Positions 20,756 to 24,000 of a stretch of 24,000 bases of DNA are shown here, piece by piece. The DNA is taken from the NCBI GenBank assembly GCA_963724365.1, contig CAVRUR010000003.1, forward strand, positions 120,528 to 144,527. Direction: 5' to 3'. Every line of letters begins with the position of its first letter. The first letter of the stretch is position 1. The notes under the pieces were generated by a model that searched no databases, was not told where the DNA came from, and worked only from the letters and a program-made list of their open reading frames with translations. The DNA comes from an uncultured beta proteobacterium. GTDB taxonomy: Bacteria > Pseudomonadota > Gammaproteobacteria > Burkholderiales > Burkholderiaceae_F. Both the position numbers and the translations under genes were made by a program.

Positions 20756-22699
20756 ATGCGAACGACGACGACAATTCCCCTGCGACGCTGGCTCGGCCTG
20801 TTGGCAACCGTGCTGACCGTCGGCTGCAGCACCGCGCTTCCCGCCGCCCAGTCGGGCGCAACGCCTGGCTATACCGACGACTCTCCGCCGCTGATTGCCG
20901 GCCGTGTGGCAGCGATCGACGGCGACGTCCGCATCTGGCGTACCGAGGAAGACGGTGACGGCGGGTGGGACCGTGCCCAGCTGAATGACGTCGTCACAGT
21001 CGGTACCGGACTCGCGGCCGACGACGGACGCACGGAAGTTGGCGTCGGCCCGCACGCGTTCCGGCTCGGCACCGGCAGCGTGGGCGGATTCAGCCAGCTC
21101 GACTTCGGAGCCAAGACCTTCAACCTGGAACGCGGTGTCATCAACATTCGGCTGGCAGCGGCGCAGCAGGGCGAAGCGGTCGCTGTCGTTGTGGCCGGCG
21201 TGCGCCTCGATCTCGCAGCCCCCGGCAGCTATCGCGTCGACGCCGTCGACAACGCCCCACTCCGGTTCACCGTATTCCAGGGCCACGGCGTCGTGCGCTA
21301 TGGCACGAACAACGTCACGGTGAACAACGGCCAGGCACTGGTGATGACGCAGTCGAGCATGAACTTCGCCGCCGCGGCCGCCACGCCGCTCGACGAATGG
21401 GCCTTCGCGCGCGATGCGCGCTACCAGCAGGTCCAGGCAGCGCGCTACGTATCGCCCTACATGACCGGTTTCGAGGAACTCGATGCCCACGGCGACTGGG
21501 TGCCCGACGCGAGTTACGGAGCGATCTGGATGCCGCGCACGGTGCCCGTCGGCTGGGCACCGTACCGCGACGGCCGCTGGCGCTGGGTACAGCCCTGGGG
21601 CTGGACCTGGGTCGACGCCGCCCCCTGGGGCTATGCGCCCTTCCACTACGGACGCTGGGTCGTCATCGGCAACCGCTGGGGCTGGTGGCCCGGCAATTTC
21701 GTCGCGCGGCCTGTCTGGGCGCCTGCGCTCGTGGGCTTCGTCGGCGGCGGCACGACGGTGTCGATCGGTTTCGGCGGCCCGGTGGTCGGCTGGTATCCGC
21801 TGGCGCCTTGGCATCCGTACCGGCCGCACTTCCGCAGCAGTCCGACCTACGTCACGGTGATCAACCAGACGATCATCCAGCGTCCGCCGCGCGGTACGCC
21901 GCCGGACATCAACCAGCGGCCGGGATCGACCTGGGTCCCGCAGCCGCGCTTTCGTGAACCGATCGTGAAGGTGCGCATTCCTGCCCAGACCGAGAAGGTC
22001 GCCGACCTGCGTCCGATGGCGCCACCGCCGCGCCCGATGCGGACCGCACCGGTCCCCGATGACGTTCGCACGTCACCTCCCGCCGCACGCGTTGCTCCGC
22101 CGCACGTTCGCGCTGGGCAAAGCGTTGCGCAGAATGCGCCGAAGTACAACGTCGCGCCGCCGCAGCCGCTGCCCGGTGCCGACTCGACTCTGTCACAACC
22201 GGCGCCGATCCGCCGCGTCGAACCCCGTCCGTTGCCACCGGCGCCGGGGCAGTTGCCGGAGCGCGAGGCACCGAGGCCGAAGCCCAATCTCCCGCAGGAG
22301 ATCGTGCCGCCGTACCAGCAGCTTCAGAAGCCGTTCCCTGCCGAGCCGGCGCGCACGCCACCCGCTGCGCCCCCGACGGTGCGCCAGCCAGGCCAGGCGC
22401 ATCCAGGCAATCAGGGACATCGCGAACAGCAAGGCTACCCGGGCAACGCACCGCGCGGAGTCGCGGCTGCACCGTCGGCTGTCCCCACGACCGTTCCCCC
22501 TGGCACTCAGCGCGCGCCGGCTGCGGCTCCCTCGCAGCGCACGGCTCCGGTGGCCGCGCCGGTCGAGAGCGCGGCACCGGCAACCGTTCCGGCGCAGCCG
22601 GTGCCGACTTCCAAGCAGCAGGCCGTGCAGGCTTCGTCTGCTGCCTCGGGGAATTCGAAGGCCGCTGACGTCTCGCGGCCGAAGATGATGGAGCGGTAG
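20756..22699 (+). CDS. exported FecR-domain / DUF6600-like (Trp-Gly repeat) protein with a long Pro/Ala/Gln-rich C-terminal tail
   Basis: Internal ATG of ORF 20585..22699. MRTTTTIPLRRWLGLLATVLTVGCS is a signal peptide with a possible (non-canonical) lipobox. A FecR-like beta region follows (IAGRVAAIDGDVRIWRTEEDG...VVTVGTGLAADDGRTEVGVGPHAFRLGTGS). Next comes a Trp-rich block (WAPYRDGRWRWVQPWGWTWVDAAPWGYAPFHYGRWVVIGNRWGWWPG). About 270 aa of proline-rich low-complexity sequence ends the protein. The frame is intact. Confidence 0.7.
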   Translation: MRTTTTIPLRRWLGLLATVLTVGCSTALPAAQSGATPGYTDDSPPLIAGRVAAIDGDVRIWRTEEDGDGGWDRAQLNDVVTVGTGLAADDGRTEVGVGPHAFRLGTGSVGGFSQLDFGAKTFNLERGVINIRLAAAQQGEAVAVVVAGVRLDLAAPGSYRVDAVDNAPLRFTVFQGHGVVRYGTNNVTVNNGQALVMTQSSMNFAAAAATPLDEWAFARDARYQQVQAARYVSPYMTGFEELDAHGDWVPDASYGAIWMPRTVPVGWAPYRDGRWRWVQPWGWTWVDAAPWGYAPFHYGRWVVIGNRWGWWPGNFVARPVWAPALVGFVGGGTTVSIGFGGPVVGWYPLAPWHPYRPHFRSSPTYVTVINQTIIQRPPRGTPPDINQRPGSTWVPQPRFREPIVKVRIPAQTEKVADLRPMAPPPRPMRTAPVPDDVRTSPPAARVAPPHVRAGQSVAQNAPKYNVAPPQPLPGADSTLSQPAPIRRVEPRPLPPAPGQLPEREAPRPKPNLPQEIVPPYQQLQKPFPAEPARTPPAAPPTVRQPGQAHPGNQGHREQQGYPGNAPRGVAAAPSAVPTTVPPGTQRAPAAAPSQRTAPVAAPVESAAPATVPAQPVPTSKQQAVQASSAASGNSKAADVSRPKMMER

Positions 22700-22707
22700 C
22701 GCATCCG

Positions 22708-22731
22708 GCCGGCGAACTGCCTGACGCCGGC
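22708..22731. terminator. hairpin between the convergent FecR-like gene and dcd (weak terminator candidate)
   Basis: GCCGGCG-aactgcctga-CGCCGGC forms a 7-bp stem. No clear U-tract is present on either side. Confidence 0.25.
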
Positions 22732-22748
22732 AACGCGGTGCCGCTTGG

Positions 22749-23312
22749 TCAGGTACGCGGCAGCGTCACGCCGCGCTGGCCCTGGTACTTGCCGCCGCGG
22801 TCCTTGTATGAGGTCTCGCAGACCTCGTCGCCTTCCAGGAACAGCACCTGCGCGCAGCCTTCGCGCGCGTAGATCTTGGCCGGCAGCGGCGTCGTATTGG
22901 AGAACTCGAGTGTCACGTGCCCCTCCCACTCGGGCTCGAGCGGGGTGACGTTGACGATGATGCCGCAACGCGCATAGGTGCTCTTGCCGAGGCAGATCGT
23001 CAGCACGCTGCGCGGAATGCGGAAGTACTCGACGGTACGCGCCAGCGCGAACGAGTTGGGCGGGATGATGCAGACGTCGCTCTTGATGTCGACGAAGGAG
23101 TTCGGGTCGAAGTCCTTCGGATCGACGATCGTGTGGTTGATGTTGGTGAAGATCTTGAATTCGTCGGCGCAGCGGATGTCGTAGCCGTAGCTCGACGTGC
23201 CGTAGCTGACGATCTTCTGTCCGTTCACCTCGCGCACCTGGCCGGGTTCGAACGGCTCGATCATGCCCTGCGCCGCCATGCGGCGGATCCACTTGTCGCT
23301 CTTGATGCTCAT
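22749..23312 (-). CDS. dcd: dCTP deaminase
   Basis: C-terminal 187 aa of ORF 22749..23723, starting from the ATG at 23312. The sequence [57 protein letters not shown]...[19 protein letters not shown]...[40 protein letters not shown] is close to canonical Dcd. The frame is intact. Confidence 0.95.
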   Translation of the reverse strand: MSIKSDKWIRRMAAQGMIEPFEPGQVREVNGQKIVSYGTSSYGYDIRCADEFKIFTNINHTIVDPKDFDPNSFVDIKSDVCIIPPNSFALARTVEYFRIPRSVLTICLGKSTYARCGIIVNVTPLEPEWEGHVTLEFSNTTPLPAKIYAREGCAQVLFLEGDEVCETSYKDRGGKYQGQRGVTLPRT

Positions 23313-23420
23313 TTTCAGTCGCAATGCCGCGATTTGCGCGGCCGTCAACGGTGCAGCTTCACCGAAAGGCGCGATTCTACGGGCGCGGCGCAACCCGACC
23401 CGGCCGTTAGACTCGGCCCC

Positions 23421-24000
23421 ATGAAACTGCGCTGGGCTCCCGCACGCGTCGGTGATGCGCTGCATGAGGTCGACACTCCGGCCCTCGTGCTCGACCTGGA
23501 CCGCTTCGAGTCCAATCTCGAGCGGCTGATGCGCTCTTCCACCGTGCGCGGCATGCGCGTGCGCCCGCACGCCAAGAGCCACAAGTGCGTCGAGATCGCC
23601 CGCCGCCAGATGGAAGCCGGGGCGGTCGGCATCTGCTGCCAGAAGGTCTCCGAGGCCGAGATCTTCCTCGCCGGCGGCATCGATAACGTGCTCGATCACC
23701 AACGAGATCATCGGCAAGCGCAAGGTGACTGCGCTGGCGTCGCTGGCGATCCGCTATCCCAAGGCGACGATTGCGGTCTGCGTCGACGATGTGCGCCAGG
23801 TGCGGCAGCTCGCCACGGCCTGCCGGGCGCTGGCCGCCGAACTCGAGGTCTATATCGAACTCGATGTCGGCCACGGACGCGCCGGCGTGCCGGACACACC
23901 GGCCGTGGTCGACCTCGCGCGCGAGATCAAGCTGCACAAGAACCTGCGGCTGCGCGGGCTGCAGGCCTACTACGGCTCTGCGCAGCATCGCCGCACGGTG
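23421..24000 (+). pseudogene. DSD1 / D-threonine-aldolase-like PLP enzyme (alanine racemase N-terminal fold), 5' part, at least one frameshift as assembled
   Basis: Manual translation from the ATG at 23421 gives [91 protein letters not shown]. After a 1-nt shift near 23691-23695 it continues [65 protein letters not shown]...LRGLQAYYGSAQH. The gene runs off the window end. Confidence 0.7.

Noticed and set aside
20756-22699. The FecR-domain protein could be the missing anti-sigma factor for the ECF sigma at 5629.
   Set aside because: It lies 14 kb away. It starts with a secretion signal rather than a cytoplasmic anti-sigma domain. Sigma factors of this type are known to be controlled by the adjacent kinase.

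Overview
High-GC (spot counts about 70%) chromosomal segment, Betaproteobacteria/Burkholderiales-like by gene content. I saw no rRNA, tRNA, CRISPR array, IS element or integrase. All genes below are on the minus strand unless marked (+).

Gene order, left to right:
- alpha/beta hydrolase (5' part only, partial)
- sdaA
- membrane-anchored di-haem cytochrome c
- TonB-dependent receptor
- ECF sigma factor (+)
- 988-aa membrane Ser/Thr kinase (+)
- two tandem paralogous small ORFs (+)
- bidirectional terminator
- gcvP, gcvH, gcvT, preceded by a tandem glycine riboswitch
- a lower-GC orphan CARDB-like lipoprotein gene
- NmrA-like reductase
- threonine aldolase
- small PLDc_N-like membrane protein
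- Orn/Lys/Arg decarboxylase
- FecR/DUF6600-like proline-rich exported protein (+)
- dcd
- 5' part of a DSD1/D-threonine-aldolase-family gene (+)

Main finding: the ECF-sigma/Ser-Thr-kinase module at 5629-9773. An exact TGTCCGGTTT-N13-CGTC motif, shaped like an ECF promoter, occurs three times. One copy lies in the sigma-kinase intergenic gap. The other two each sit in front of a duplicated cassette of promoter, 5'UTR and small ORF. The small ORFs encode 55- and 57-aa proteins that look like signal peptides or membrane anchors. I propose these cassettes as the direct regulon of the sigma factor and possibly as feedback peptides. That is a hypothesis, not a demonstrated function.

Caveat: many conserved genes are broken by 1-nt frameshifts (gcvP, the TonB receptor, ltaE and others). 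The frameshifts are strikingly patchy. I read this as assembly indel error rather than real gene decay, but the sequence alone cannot settle it.
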